A stretch of DNA of 64,000 bases, from contig OZ219747.1 of the NCBI GenBank assembly GCA_964291265.2, forward strand, positions 448,001 to 512,000. Reading direction: 5' to 3'. Origin of the DNA: Alphaproteobacteria bacterium. Its GTDB lineage: Bacteria > Pseudomonadota > Alphaproteobacteria > SP197. The notes under the pieces are model-generated. The model was not told where the DNA came from and did no database searches. It saw nothing but the letters and a program-made list of their open reading frames with translations. Of the stretch, positions 1 through 10,612 are shown piece by piece. Positions within the stretch are counted from its first letter, which is position 1; every line of letters begins with the position of its first letter. Both the position numbers and the translations under genes were made by a program.

Positions 1-305
1 CAGCGTGAACCGGTAGTCGAACCCCTTGCCGCAGACGCCCGATGCAGGGCTGGAGACAGCATCGTCGGCCGAGACCGGCGAGGCGTGTCGCAGCCTCGAT
101 GGCCACGGCCGGGTCGGCCTGAAGGATGAGGGCGGTTCGTTCCGGCGCATGGCGCGGGCGCACTTGAGCGTCGTTTCCACGTGGAAGACCTGGAACAGGG
201 AATCGAAGTCGCTTACCGATCGGCCGCGCCATGGCCTGCGGCGCACGGGAAGAGTCCTGCAACGGCGCGGCGCTCAACGTCAGAACCGGAGGGTCCTTCG
301 CCGTC

Positions 306-1067
306 ATGTCCCTTTCTCGACAGGTCTTCGCCGCAATCGTCATGACGTGCGCCCTCGTGGCGTGCCGGCACGACGACAGCGTCCGCATCGCACTCATCAA
401 CGCCACCCATGCCGACATGCGCTGCGTCGCCGTGCTGGCACACTTCGTGACCGTGGATCTTCCTGTCATCCCCGCCGGCGACACCTACCGGTTCACCCTC
501 GTCGACACGGCAGATGGCGGTCTCGCGATGGCCCATGATGTCATGGGGCCGATGATGCTGGAGAACCTGCTCTGCGGCCTGGACGAGGACTGGAGCCGGA
601 GTGTCGTCACGACCGACCTTGCCGCGGCCGCAGGCCAAGACCGGACGTTCAGCTGCTTGACCGACGGGGACCGCCTCGCCTGCCGTGCTCCGCGACGGGG
701 AGGGGAGCTTCTTCCTGCCAACGCGTCATGCCGGCGTCCGCGGCGATATCGCATGGAAGGTCCGGCCCGGCTCCTCGTCCGATCTGGCAGTGGGACCACC
801 GCCGCCGATGTCCGAAGCGGCCGTGGAGACCCCCTCGTCGGCAAGCCTGGAGGCACAGGCAGCACCGATTCCGCCTGCCGCTCCGGTCACGATCGTGACA
901 GGTCCCTCGAATCGTCCCACCGTTCCACCGTCCTCGTCTCGATCACCGTTGCATGCGCCATTCGATGCTGCGTCGTCAGACACCCTCCAGACGTCCTGAC
1001 CATGACATTCCGGGATGTGCTCGATGCACCCGCTGTCGACATGGAGCGAAGAGGAATGACCGCCTGA
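306..1067 (+). CDS. Hypothetical lipoprotein; the 3' end is uncertain and the credible protein may end near 700
   Basis: Signal peptide with lipobox-like LVAC and Cys-containing globular sequence to about residue 130. The rest of the ORF looks like read-through. Confidence 0.45.
   Translation: MSLSRQVFAAIVMTCALVACRHDDSVRIALINATHADMRCVAVLAHFVTVDLPVIPAGDTYRFTLVDTADGGLAMAHDVMGPMMLENLLCGLDEDWSRSVVTTDLAAAAGQDRTFSCLTDGDRLACRAPRRGGELLPANASCRRPRRYRMEGPARLLVRSGSGTTAADVRSGRGDPLVGKPGGTGSTDSACRSGHDRDRSLESSHRSTVLVSITVACAIRCCVVRHPPDVLTMTFRDVLDAPAVDMERRGMTA
780..921 (-). pseudogene. N-terminal fragment of a short-chain dehydrogenase/reductase
   Basis: Reads GRFEGPVTIVTGAAGGIGAACASRLADEG (TGxxxGIG Rossmann motif), then similarity is lost. 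Confidence 0.6.
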
Positions 1068-1134
1068 ACCGGCACCCGGCAGGCGAGCATGCCGGAGAGG
1101 GTTGCTGGTACATTCCTCCGGGGAGAGCGGGCCG

Positions 1135-1902
1135 CTACGGTCGCTGTTGGTCCCGCAGCGCCTGACCGAATGCTTCGAAGAGAGCCCGGTTGACGGGATT
1201 GGTCTGCGGGTCGTACTCGGCATGCCACTGCACTCCCAGCGCAAACGCCGGGGCATTGGCAATGCGAATAGCCTCGATGGTGTCGTCCTCCGCCACGCCC
1301 TCGACGATCACCCGCTCCCCTGGCTCCACGATGCACTGACCATGGAGCGAATTGACACGCACGGTCCGCCTGCCAAGGATCTCCTCGAATACACCTCCCG
1401 GTGTGAAGCGAACTTCGTGCCTGTCCGCAAACACGACCCCCGGGTCGGGGTGGACTTCTCCGTTTTCCAGCCGGGGAGCCCGGTGGTTCAACCGCCCGGG
1501 CAGATCACCGGTTTCGGGGTGAAGAACGCTCCCGAAGGCCACGCCGAGCTCCTGGATGCCACGGCACAGGCCGAAAATCGGCACGCCCCTTGCGACACAG
1601 GCCTTCGCCACGGACAACGCCACCGCATCCCGTTCCCGGTCGTAGGGTTCGTGGCTCGGGTGAGGATCGACATTGAAACAGGAAGGATGAACGTTGGCGC
1701 GCGCTCCGGTGAGCAGAATGCCGTCAACGGCGTCAACCAGAGAGGCCACATCGGTGATGCCAGGCGTTCCGGCGAACATCAACGGCAGGGCGCCGGTGAC
1801 TTCCGCCACGGCAGCAAGATTCTTCTCCCCGGTCATCTGTGTCACATAGCTGTCGCCGAAGAGATGCCTGGAGCCGATGACGCCAACGAGGGGTTTCATC
1901 AT
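1135..1902 (-). CDS. Gamma-glutamyl-gamma-aminobutyrate hydrolase family (PuuD-like, peptidase C26) glutamine amidotransferase
   Basis: Motifs GILLTGARANVHP, GLCRGIQE (catalytic Cys), VNSLH and GVQWHAE (His-Glu). Start placed at MMKPLVGV. Confidence 0.88.
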   Translation of the reverse strand: MMKPLVGVIGSRHLFGDSYVTQMTGEKNLAAVAEVTGALPLMFAGTPGITDVASLVDAVDGILLTGARANVHPSCFNVDPHPSHEPYDRERDAVALSVAKACVARGVPIFGLCRGIQELGVAFGSVLHPETGDLPGRLNHRAPRLENGEVHPDPGVVFADRHEVRFTPGGVFEEILGRRTVRVNSLHGQCIVEPGERVIVEGVAEDDTIEAIRIANAPAFALGVQWHAEYDPQTNPVNRALFEAFGQALRDQQRP

Positions 1903-2764
1903 CGTTGGATCTGGTTCCTCCCTGCCGCACCATCGATCCGCCGGAGACGCAGGGGATTCGTAGGGCGGGAACGGGCGCGTGTCCACCCGATCTTCAGAGA
2001 ATTGCCGTCAGCCCCCGGGGAGGATCGCCCGAAAGACGCAGGGGATGAGCCGTTCGGGCCCGGATTCGTGGAGTATCAGGGGATTGTGCGAGTGAAGCGG
2101 CTCTCTGTCTCGACGGGGCTCTCGTCGATGATCGAGATGATGGCATCGATCTTGTTCCTGGTGATGATCGGCGGTGGGATGGAATTCAAGGGGACGCAGG
2201 CCCTCCATGAGGCAGACGCCGCTCCAAGCGCTGCCGTCGAAAGGGATTCTCGTCCTCGAAGATCCGGATGTTCCGCGGAGCAGCAGCGGACGCCACATCC
2301 GAACAGGTGCTCGACGGGCTCCATCACGCCACCGATCGACGCTCAGCCGCCGGGAAACCCCTTGGCGATGGTCATCATGCCGGGCACGACGCCGCAGGGA
2401 CCGGCGGCAAGCACCGTTGATCGCCGTCCATGATCAGAGAAGGCGCCGGTTCGCTGGCAGGTGTCGCGTAATCTCCACCAACGGCAGAGCGGCGGATCCT
2501 CGCCCCGATGCGGGATTTTCTTCTCCACATGGCGGGCGCAGATGAAATCCCCCGTCTTCGCCCGGGAGACCGAAGCGGTCGTGTGCAGGCACGTGGCTGA
2601 CGGTCTGCATGAGGAATCAGGGTGCCGCCCGAAGTTCAAGCGGCGCGGGAGTGACGGCTCAGGAGGCCATCCGCATCCCGCGTGATCGGCCACCTCAACC
2701 GGGTTCCGGCTTTCACGCCTCGCCGTCTCGGGATCGGCACACAGCGGCTCGAACTCGCCCGCAA

Positions 2765-2967
2765 GGGGCGATGACACCATCTTGGACTTCGCTGCGGGGG
2801 ACACCATCGCGTTGAGGAACATTGATGGGGTCAACGCGTTCGGCGACATGACCGTTGATTCCACGGAAGGCGGTTTCACGATCTCCTTCGGTGACGGCAG
2901 CGCCGACACCCTGACCGTCACGTCCAGCCTGAAGGCACTCGAAGCCGAACACTTCGACTTCCTGTGA
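2765..2967 (+). pseudogene. C-terminal remnant of an RTX/hemolysin-type Ca-binding secreted protein
   Basis: GDDTILDFAAGDTIAL...LEAEHFDFL resembles a type I secretion C-terminus. No intact upstream frame. Confidence 0.5.
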
Positions 2968-2977
2968 TGCGTTTCGC

Positions 2978-3004
2978 GCGCAGGGCCGCCACCGCGGCCC
3001 TGCG
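2978..3004 (+). terminator. GC-rich hairpin after the RTX remnant; its 3' arm is the IS target
   Basis: cgcagggccgc-cacc-gcggccctgcg inverted repeat. Confidence 0.55.
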
Positions 3005-3005
3005 T

Positions 3006-4672
3006 GGGTGTGAGTCTAGTATGGCAGTTCTGTTATGGTCTTAAGTTATGGACTTAGTTCCATTGTTTCATCTCATGCGGCCAGCGCCGGGGTGTGATGT
3101 GGGCTGATGTTGTCGTTGGCTGGTGCGTTGTCGCCCTCGATCATGGCGGTCCACGCGCTTTCGAAGCGGCCTGATTTGAGCAGGGCGCGGAAGGTGAGAA
3201 CGGCTTGTCCGCCGACGATGCGCCAGCGCATGCCGGAGCGCTTCATGCGCTGTGTGACGAGGGTCTTGTTGGCTGCCTCGACAAGTCCCGAGCCGATGGC
3301 GATCCCCTGTTGCTTCAGCGCGTGGTAGCGCATGCGGTGGCGATGCTTGCGGAAGAAGGCCAGTTCCCTGTCGATGTCGGCTCGGCCCGCCGGCTTGGCG
3401 GTGTCGCGAAGGTGGCGCAGCGCCCGGATCACCCTGTCGATGCCGCGGGGGTCGTGACGCAGGATCTCGCGGTACTTCTCGAACCAGTGGGGCGCCGCTG
3501 CATGGTCGGCCACCACGCGCAGATGCTCGCAGGCATGCCAGAAGTCGATCACCTCGGTTTCGGGTTCAAGACCAGAGAGGAAGGTCCAGTTGTCGGCGGC
3601 GGCGTCGGCGATGGCGCTGATCCTGATCTCGGGACGCTCGCGCCTGATATGCGCGACCTCGCTTGCCAGCTGCACCTTCAGCGTGCACTTGCCGCGCTCG
3701 GGCATGCGGCCGAGATAGACGGTCTTCAGGCGCTCACCGTCGGCATCGTGGAAGGAGACTGTGCCACAGGCCGCCTCGCGCCAGCAGGCCTCGCTACGGC
3801 CGTCCTCGCCGGCCCGCAGCGCCACCATGACGCCGTCGAGCGAGACCGAGGCGGTGACCGCGTCCTGCGGGATGTCCTCGGCTTCCCGGATGCCATCCAG
3901 GGCCTGCGGACCGAGACGTTCCCAACGCTCCTGCATGGTCAGGCTCAAGCGCTGCAAGGTGCTCACAGACGGCGTCATGGCGCCGAGCTTGCCGAAGAAC
4001 GCCTCCGCTTCCCGCGCCGTGCAGTGGACCATCATCATCAGCCCAAGCTGAGCCGCCGGCCGTGTCAGGTCGTCGTCGACGAGGCCCAGGCTTTCGTCCA
4101 CCGGCATCAGCGACCGGCAGTGCCCGCCGGTGCGATAGCGCGCACGCCGAAAGGTCACCGGGCCGAGCGAGGTCATGATCGTCTTCGGCGTCGGCGCCAC
4201 ACGGAACCAGTTCTGCCCGTCCCGTTCGATCCGGGGCGCACCGTCGTCCCGGGCCTCGGCACAGGCACCCAGGATCTCGCAACCAAGCGCGTGCACGCTC
4301 TCAAGCACCCGCCGCTCCGCTTCCTCGAAGGCCTCGGCAGAGCGCTCTGAACCAAGCTGTCGATGACACACCGCGGTCACTTGCGTGACCGCTTCGACAA
4401 CCCGAGGCGGCAAGCCGAGAAGATCGATGGACGCGGAAGGCCGAAGCTGTGACACTGACATGGGAGCGCTCCTGATGTTGTGGTTTCAAGCCAGCATCAT
4501 ATCGCATCTTGCGGTGCGGAGCGTTCCCGCATCCACCGCCAAGCCCTGCTGTCGTGACAAAATCCGGTCCTGAAACGGGCAATTGTCACGAAACCCCGTT
4601 TTCGCCGTTCCATCGCGAACGCACAACCGTGATAAATCAATGACTTGGCTTCGCCATACGAGAACTACACCC
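3006..4672 (-). mobile_element. ISKra4-like (Mutator-type) insertion sequence, copy 1, 1667 bp
   Basis: Imperfect TIRs GGGTGTGAGTCTAGTATGGC / GGGTGTAGTTCTCGTATGGC. 7-bp direct repeat cctgcgt at 2999-3005 and 4673-4679. Near-identical to 6532-8198. Confidence 0.88.
3073..4461 (-). CDS. ISKra4-like DDE transposase, 462 aa
   Basis: Motifs VSLDGVMV, IADAAADNW, IDFWHACEHL (Mutator D-x2-H motif) and GSGLVEAANK...RMKRSGMRW. Confidence 0.85.
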   Translation of the reverse strand: MSVSQLRPSASIDLLGLPPRVVEAVTQVTAVCHRQLGSERSAEAFEEAERRVLESVHALGCEILGACAEARDDGAPRIERDGQNWFRVAPTPKTIMTSLGPVTFRRARYRTGGHCRSLMPVDESLGLVDDDLTRPAAQLGLMMMVHCTAREAEAFFGKLGAMTPSVSTLQRLSLTMQERWERLGPQALDGIREAEDIPQDAVTASVSLDGVMVALRAGEDGRSEACWREAACGTVSFHDADGERLKTVYLGRMPERGKCTLKVQLASEVAHIRRERPEIRISAIADAAADNWTFLSGLEPETEVIDFWHACEHLRVVADHAAAPHWFEKYREILRHDPRGIDRVIRALRHLRDTAKPAGRADIDRELAFFRKHRHRMRYHALKQQGIAIGSGLVEAANKTLVTQRMKRSGMRWRIVGGQAVLTFRALLKSGRFESAWTAMIEGDNAPANDNISPHHTPALAA

Positions 4673-6531
4673 CCTGCGTTGCATCCGGACTGCGTGCGGC
4701 GGGAGGCGTCGACGATGCGGCGCTGGCGCTATGGTGAGCCCGTGAGCAGCGGAGGGCGGACCGTCTGTCGCTAGTCCGAAGTTCCAGAACCGATCAGACG
4801 TATCGTTATGAATGTATTGACGTTTGAAAAAATCGGGTGTGTCGCTACTGGGAACGCTGCAGGCGTATGCCGAGGTAGTCCAGGGCCTTTTTCTGGAGCG
4901 GCGTGGGCCGCGTGGTGACCTGGAAGGGTTGGGCGCCCGCAAGGCGGGGCGCCACGGTGTTGCGGGTGATGGTCGCGAGATCATCGAGGAGGGTGCGGAA
5001 ACTGTGCACCGGATCACCCCCGGGCGTCCTCTTCGTTGCCGCCTTGGCCCGGGCGCTCGCCGAGACTTCTGCCGGCGCCACGACGGACGGCCGCCGGGCC
5101 TCGGCGCCTTCGGCATCCTCGTCGTCGAACAGCATGGGCTTCAGTTTCTGGCGCATGTGCCATTCCACGTAGTAGGCGAGCATGCACAGGAAGACATGGG
5201 CGCGGACCCGGGGTTCGGTGCGGTGGTAGACGGGACGGACCTTCAGATCCACGGTCTTCAGGCTGCGGAAGGCCCGTTCCACCGAACTCAACCGCTTGTA
5301 GGCGCGCACCGTGCCGGGACCGTCGAGTGCGCTTTGCGGCAGGCTGGTGCGGATCACGCAGAGGCCGTCGAGCCTGGCCTCGGCGGCGATGGCAGCCTCA
5401 TCGCGCCCATAGGTGAAGACACCGTCGTCGTCGATGGACCACGTGAAGTGCTTCGCCATCTTGTACTTGCCGATGACCTTGCCGACCCGCTCCCCGATCT
5501 TGTCGGCACCCTTGAGACGGCGCTTGTCGCGCCGTGTCGCTGCTGCGATCGGTTCAAGCAGGGCCTCGGTGGCCTCGAGCAGTTCCTGGCGCTTGCGGGC
5601 CCGGTCCTCGGCCAGCAGGGGGTTGCGGCAGACCATGAGGCGTTCGCCGGGATACGCATCGCTGGTGATCTCCACCAGGTCCCTCTCGTCGAAGAGCGAC
5701 ATCTCGACGTCGCCGGCCTCCACAAGGGCGCGGATGGCCGGTCCCCTCAAGGCGCTGATCCAGTCCAGGCCCGCAGGCTTCACCTCCTCGCGTATGCGCG
5801 CCTCGGTCAGCATCCCCCGGTCTCCCACCAGCACCACCTTCGCCAGGGAGAAGCGCTCCTGCAGCGTGGTGATCTGTGATGCCACCGTCCCGGGGTCCGC
5901 CGTGTTGCCGGGGAACACTTCCACCGACACTGGACAGCCGTCCCGATCGCACAGAAGGCCGAACTCGATCTGCAGCTTGCCCTTCTTGCCATCCCGGGAA
6001 TGACCCCTCCTGGCCAGGGGACACGCTCTCCCCTCCATCCATACCGAGGTCAGGTCATAGAGCACCAGGCAGCCCTCTTCGAGGCGCCGCTTCGCCAGGG
6101 ACCGCTCGATCCTCTCCTGACGCTCCAGGAGCCAGTCCATGGCGCCATAGAGGGCGTCCTCGTCCATCTCCGCATCGAGGACCTCGCCCAGGGTGCTGAC
6201 CGCCGTGGCCTCGGCCAGCCCCCTGGCCGTGGCCAGCTTCGAGGCGGGCTCGAGGATGCGTGCCACGATCATGGCCAGGACCTGATCGCGCTCAGGCGAG
6301 GGCTTCGGGTCGATCAACCTGTCCAGTCCCAGCTTCTTCAGGGTTCCCAGCACTGCGGCGACATGCCCATGGGGTAGGGAGCGGACGATGTCGAAGGCGT
6401 CGTCACGACCGACGAGGGGTTCGTTCTTCAAGAACCGCCGCAGGGTCTCGACCTTTTCCATGGGCCAGGAGGAGAGATTGGCGATGGTGCGCTTCTTGAC
6501 CTTGCCGTTCTCGCGCCATCCCTCTCGCAGG

Positions 6532-8198
6532 GGGTGTGAGTCTAGTATGGCAGTTATGTTATGGTCTTAAGTTATGGACTTAGTTCCATTGTTTTATCTC
6601 ATGCGGCCAGCGCCTGGGTGTGATGTGGGCTGATGTTGTCGTTGGCTGGTGCGTTGTCGCCCTCGATCATGGCGGTCCACGCGCTTTCGAAGCGGCCTGA
6701 TTTGAGCAGGGCGCGGAAGGTGAGAACGGCTTGTCCGCCGACGATGCGCCAGCGCATGCCGGAGCGCTTCATGCGCTGTGTGACGAGGGTCTTGTTGGCT
6801 GCCTCGACAAGTCCCGAGCCGATGGCGATCCCCTGTTGCTTCAGTGCGTGGTAGCGCATGCGGTGGCGATGCTTGCGGAAGAAGGCCAGTTCCCTGTCGA
6901 TGTCGGCTCGGCCCGCCGGCTTGGCGGTGTCGCGAAGGTGGCGCAGCGCCCGGATCACCCTGTCGATGCCGCGGGGGTCGTGACGCAGGATCTCGCGGTA
7001 CTTCTCGAACCAGTGGGGCGCCGCTGCATGGTCGGCCACCACGCGCAGATGCTCGCAGGCATGCCAGAAGTCGATCACCTCGGTTTCGGGTTCAAGACCA
7101 GAGAGGAAGGTCCAGTTGTCGGCGGCGGCGTCGGCGATGGCGCTGATCCTGATCTCGGGACGCTTGCGCCTGATATGCGCGACCTCGCTTGCCAGCTGCG
7201 CCTTCAGCGTGCACTTGCCGCGCTCGGGCATACGGCCGAGATAGACGGTCTTCAGGCGCTCACCGTCGGCATCGTGGAAGGAGACTGTGCCACAGGCCGC
7301 CTCGCGCCAGCAGGCCTCGCTACGGCCGTCCTCGCCGGCCCGCAGCGCCACCATGACGCCGTCGAGCGAGACCGAGGCGGTGACCGCGTCCTGCGGAATG
7401 TCCTCGGCTTCCCGGATGCCATCCAGGGCCTGCGGGCCGAGACGTTCCCAACGCTCCTGCATGGTCAGGCTCAAGCGCTGCAAGGTGCTCACAGACGGCG
7501 TCATGGCGCCGAGCTTGCCGAAGAACGCCTCCGCTTCCCGCGCCGTGCAGTGGACCATCATCATCAGCCCAAGCTGAGCCGCCGGCCGTGTCAGGTAGTC
7601 GTCGACGAGGCCCAGGCTTTCGTCCACCGGCATCAGCGACCGGCAGTGCCCGCCGGTGCGATAGCGCGCACGCCGAAAGGTCACCGGGCCGAGCGAGGTC
7701 ATGATCGTCTTCGGCGTCGGCGCCACACGGAACCAGTTCTGCCCGTCCCGTTCGATCCGCGGCGCACCGTCGTCCCGGGCCTCGGCACAGGCACCCAGGA
7801 TCTCGCAGCCAAGCGCGTGCACGCTCTCAAGCACCCGCCGCTCCGCTTCCTCGAAGGCCTCGGCAGAGCACTCTGAACCGAGCTGTCGATGACACACCGC
7901 GGTCACTTGCGTGACCGCCTCGACAACCCGAGGCGGCAAGCCGGAAAGATCGATGGACGCGGAAGGCCGAAGCTGTGACACTGACATGGGAGCGCTCCTG
8001 ATGTTGTGGTTTCAAGCTAGCATCATATCGCATCTTGCGGTGCGGAGCGTTCCCGCATCCACCGCCAAGCCCTGCTGTCGTGACAAAATCCGGTCCTGAA
8101 ACGGGCAATTGTCACGAAACCCCGTTTTCGCCGTTCCATCGCGAACGCACAACCGTGATAAATCAATGACTTGGCTTCGCCATACGAGAACTACACCC
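6532..8198 (-). mobile_element. ISKra4-like insertion sequence, copy 2, 1667 bp
   Basis: Same TIRs as copy 1. 8-bp target duplication ctcgcagg at 6524-6531 and 8199-8206. The empty site is visible in the intact IS1634 at about 39928. Confidence 0.92.
6599..7987 (-). CDS. ISKra4-like DDE transposase, 462 aa
   Basis: Differs from 3073-4461 by only a few residues. Confidence 0.85.
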   Translation of the reverse strand: MSVSQLRPSASIDLSGLPPRVVEAVTQVTAVCHRQLGSECSAEAFEEAERRVLESVHALGCEILGACAEARDDGAPRIERDGQNWFRVAPTPKTIMTSLGPVTFRRARYRTGGHCRSLMPVDESLGLVDDYLTRPAAQLGLMMMVHCTAREAEAFFGKLGAMTPSVSTLQRLSLTMQERWERLGPQALDGIREAEDIPQDAVTASVSLDGVMVALRAGEDGRSEACWREAACGTVSFHDADGERLKTVYLGRMPERGKCTLKAQLASEVAHIRRKRPEIRISAIADAAADNWTFLSGLEPETEVIDFWHACEHLRVVADHAAAPHWFEKYREILRHDPRGIDRVIRALRHLRDTAKPAGRADIDRELAFFRKHRHRMRYHALKQQGIAIGSGLVEAANKTLVTQRMKRSGMRWRIVGGQAVLTFRALLKSGRFESAWTAMIEGDNAPANDNISPHHTQALAA

Positions 8199-8406
8199 CT
8201 CGCAGGAGGACGGCGGGGGGTGAGTTACGGTTGGGGACGATGTCTACGTACATGGCAACGTATATGGGGGCGTAAGCCCACCGTGTCAAGGGAAAACTTC
8301 GCCGTTACATGGGAACATTCTCGCGCCATCATCGCGCTGTTTTGCCAACACAATCAACCGGTTATCGTGACTCTGCCGCTGAAATCGTCCGGAACTTCGG
8401 GCTAGT

Positions 8407-8793
8407 CCGAAGTTCCAGCACCGTTCAGACGTATCATCATGAATGTATTGACGTTTGATGGAATCGCGTGTGGCGCTACTGGGAACGCTAGAGGCGCACG
8501 CCGAGGTGGTTCAGGGCCCTTTTTATGGAGCGGCGTGGGCCGCGTGGTGACCTGGAAGGGCCGCAGGGTTTCGACGTTCTCCATGGGCCAGGAGGAGAGA
8601 CTGGTGGCGGGGGGCTCATGCGGTTGGGGACGATGTCCACGTACATGGCAACGTACATGGGGGCAAAAGCCTCCTGTGTCAACAGGGTGTTTCACCGTTA
8701 CATGGGAACTTCTGCATGTTGTCTCTGTACGCTTTTATCAGTAAGATCAACTAGTTGATGTGGTTATAGCGCTGAAATCGTCCGGAACTTCGG
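8407..8793 (-). mobile_element. MITE (internally deleted IS1634 relative), 387 bp
   Basis: Both IS1634 TIRs present. Fuses N-terminal WPMENVETLR to C-terminal PFQVTTRPT. Flanked by gctagt at 8401-8406 and 8794-8799. Confidence 0.9.
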
Positions 8794-9009
8794 GCTAGTG
8801 CTCGGGGGCCGGGATGGGGAGTCCGCTTGATGACGGCCGGGACACCGTCACCAAACAGTCATGAACGTCGGCCTGCCTGCTCACCCCGCGCCATGAAGCA
8901 TGAGCCCGTCGTGGCCGTTGGACGAGTGCGTTGTTCCAGCGTGTTGGTACACGATAATGCGATGGTCCTGGAGGGGCCCGTCTCCATGAGGACAGGATCA
9001 GCGCAAACA

Positions 9010-9195
9010 GGTCAAGGTCGCACGTTTCCTTACCCGGGTTCCATGCTGTCCTGCGCCCGTGTCCGGACTTTCCTTGCGAAGGCAGAGTGCCGCCGCCTGG
9101 AGGGATGCAGACAGGGCGGCGGTCGCCTCCACGGCGTGCGGTATCCGCGCAAGCCGCACGCGCCCGGCCTTCGCGACGACGTCCGCCGCTTCACT
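9010..9195 (+). pseudogene. Decayed homolog of the Zn-finger/HTH gene at 17196-17810
   Basis: TFPYPGSMLSCARV...ECRRLEGCRQGGGRLHGVRYPRKPHA...DDVRRF aligns by eye with SFPGPILSCAHV...ERCRLEGCPHCGGRLHSARYPRKPHA...GDNRRF. Confidence 0.8.
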
Positions 9196-9232
9196 GCGCC
9201 TGTGGCAAGCGCCTCCGCAGACCGGTGCGGAT

Positions 9233-10030
9233 TCAGCCGGTCGCGTTCCCGGGGGACGGCACCGGTGTCAGTGGCTGGCGTCGGCCGAAGTAGCGCATGT
9301 GAATCTCGTCGCTGAAGCGTTGACCGGGCTGCGCCTCGTAACTCAGCGTCAACATGCGGCGCGACGGCGCGCGACGGACCGGTGCGACCCGGTGGAGCGC
9401 GCGGTGACCGTTGAAGATCGTCAGCGTACCCGGGAGGACGTCGAGCGTCCGCACGAGTGAAGAGCAGCCGGCCAGCAGATCGTCGATGAGCGACGGGAGA
9501 TCCGTGCGATGACGGATGTCGGGAATGTACTCGAATGCGCCACCGGACCCCGCCCTGCGGAGCATGATGGTGACCGCGCCATCATTGGAATCGAAATGCC
9601 ATCCCAGCTCGTCTCCCGATGCGTATTCGCTCACCATGCACGATGCGATGGCGTCGGCATTGCGGTAGTAGGGACGCCGTTCCAGCACCTCCGATACGAA
9701 CCGCGTGAGAGCGTCCCACAGAAAGAGGCGGTGCGGCGGTGATTCGCGAGGCATCTGGTCAAGGCCCGCGCAGACGAGACTGACCCGGGTCTCCCGGCCC
9801 ATGCCGGGCGGAAAGGCGTTGCGGCGATCCAGCCGCCGGAACCCGTCACGACACAGTCTGTCGGTCTCCTTTTCCACGGCCGCGATGCCCTCGGCGTGAA
9901 GGAAACAGGGCATGGTGAAGACACCGTCTGCGGCGAGGTTTCGGCGTCCCTCGCGCACGATTGCGACCGCTTCGGGACACGCGATGTCCGCGATCGGATA
10001 GCGATCGAGATCGACGAGATCTCCCACCAT
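9233..10030 (-). CDS. Fe(II)/2-oxoglutarate-dependent oxygenase (HalD/BesD-like fold, HxD type)
   Basis: Motifs DLVDLDRYPI, ELGWHFD, GGAFEY, FNGHRALHRV and R-x4-LSY. Confidence 0.75.
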   Translation of the reverse strand: MVGDLVDLDRYPIADIACPEAVAIVREGRRNLAADGVFTMPCFLHAEGIAAVEKETDRLCRDGFRRLDRRNAFPPGMGRETRVSLVCAGLDQMPRESPPHRLFLWDALTRFVSEVLERRPYYRNADAIASCMVSEYASGDELGWHFDSNDGAVTIMLRRAGSGGAFEYIPDIRHRTDLPSLIDDLLAGCSSLVRTLDVLPGTLTIFNGHRALHRVAPVRRAPSRRMLTLSYEAQPGQRFSDEIHMRYFGRRQPLTPVPSPGNATG

Positions 10031-10612
10031 CGCACGATCCGCACTAGACGACGGCACGGCTGCTGCCGATCCTCGGAGACGGACGCATGCCAACCGAAAA
10101 CATCATGACGGCGAGAATCCCCTCCGGACTCGGCGCACCCAAGGACATGATCGTGATCGGTGTCGAGTTCGCTGAACGACCAGATATCATCCTCTACGTC
10201 CCTTCTGTCGAGTTGGCTGACGGCCTCGCTGCGTGCATGTCCGGCCGCACGGCGGCGGGACCAGCCCTTGATACTCCATCGTCGGTCCCAAGTGTTGTCA
10301 GACCGCGCCGAAGCCTGCAACCGACAACGCACCATGCACGGCACGGACGACGGCATGCTTGCGAGCCGGTTCCCCATGACGTCGGCTTCCGGTTCTCGAA
10401 AGCCGCAGCAATCATGGCTCAGCCCTTCATCGATCTCACGCTCCCGGAGGCGGCAGGGCTCTTCTTTTGTCCGGTTTCGTCCGATGAGGGGGCGTTGCAG
10501 GCAGATCTGGAGGTCCATTCGGGACCGGATTTCGTTGTCGATATGCCGGTTTCGACCTCGAGAAAGTGCCACCAACTTCAGACGTCCTGACCTCGGCTAT
10601 GAATTTGTCCAA

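Larger units (their letters stand above)
4845..8253 (-). pseudogene. IS1634 transposase split near its N-terminus by an IS insertion
   Basis: MYVDIVPNRNSPPAVLL starts at 8253 and resumes at about 6531. The 538-aa remainder matches the intact copy at 39882-41615. Confidence 0.9.
4776..8400 (-). mobile_element. IS1634-family element, copy 1 (1950 bp net), interrupted by ISKra4-like copy 2
   Basis: TIRs CCGAAGTTCC/GGAACTTCGG and 6-bp repeat gctagt at 4770-4775 and 8401-8406. Removing 1667+8 bp gives the same 1950 bp as 39735-41684. Confidence 0.92.

Noticed and set aside
3006-8198. Composite transposon bounded by the two ISKra4-like copies
   Set aside because: Each copy has its own matching target duplication, indicating independent insertions.
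9233-10030. BesD/HalD-type halogenase
   Set aside because: The metal motif is H-F-D. Halogenases replace the Asp with Gly or Ala, so a hydroxylase is more likely.
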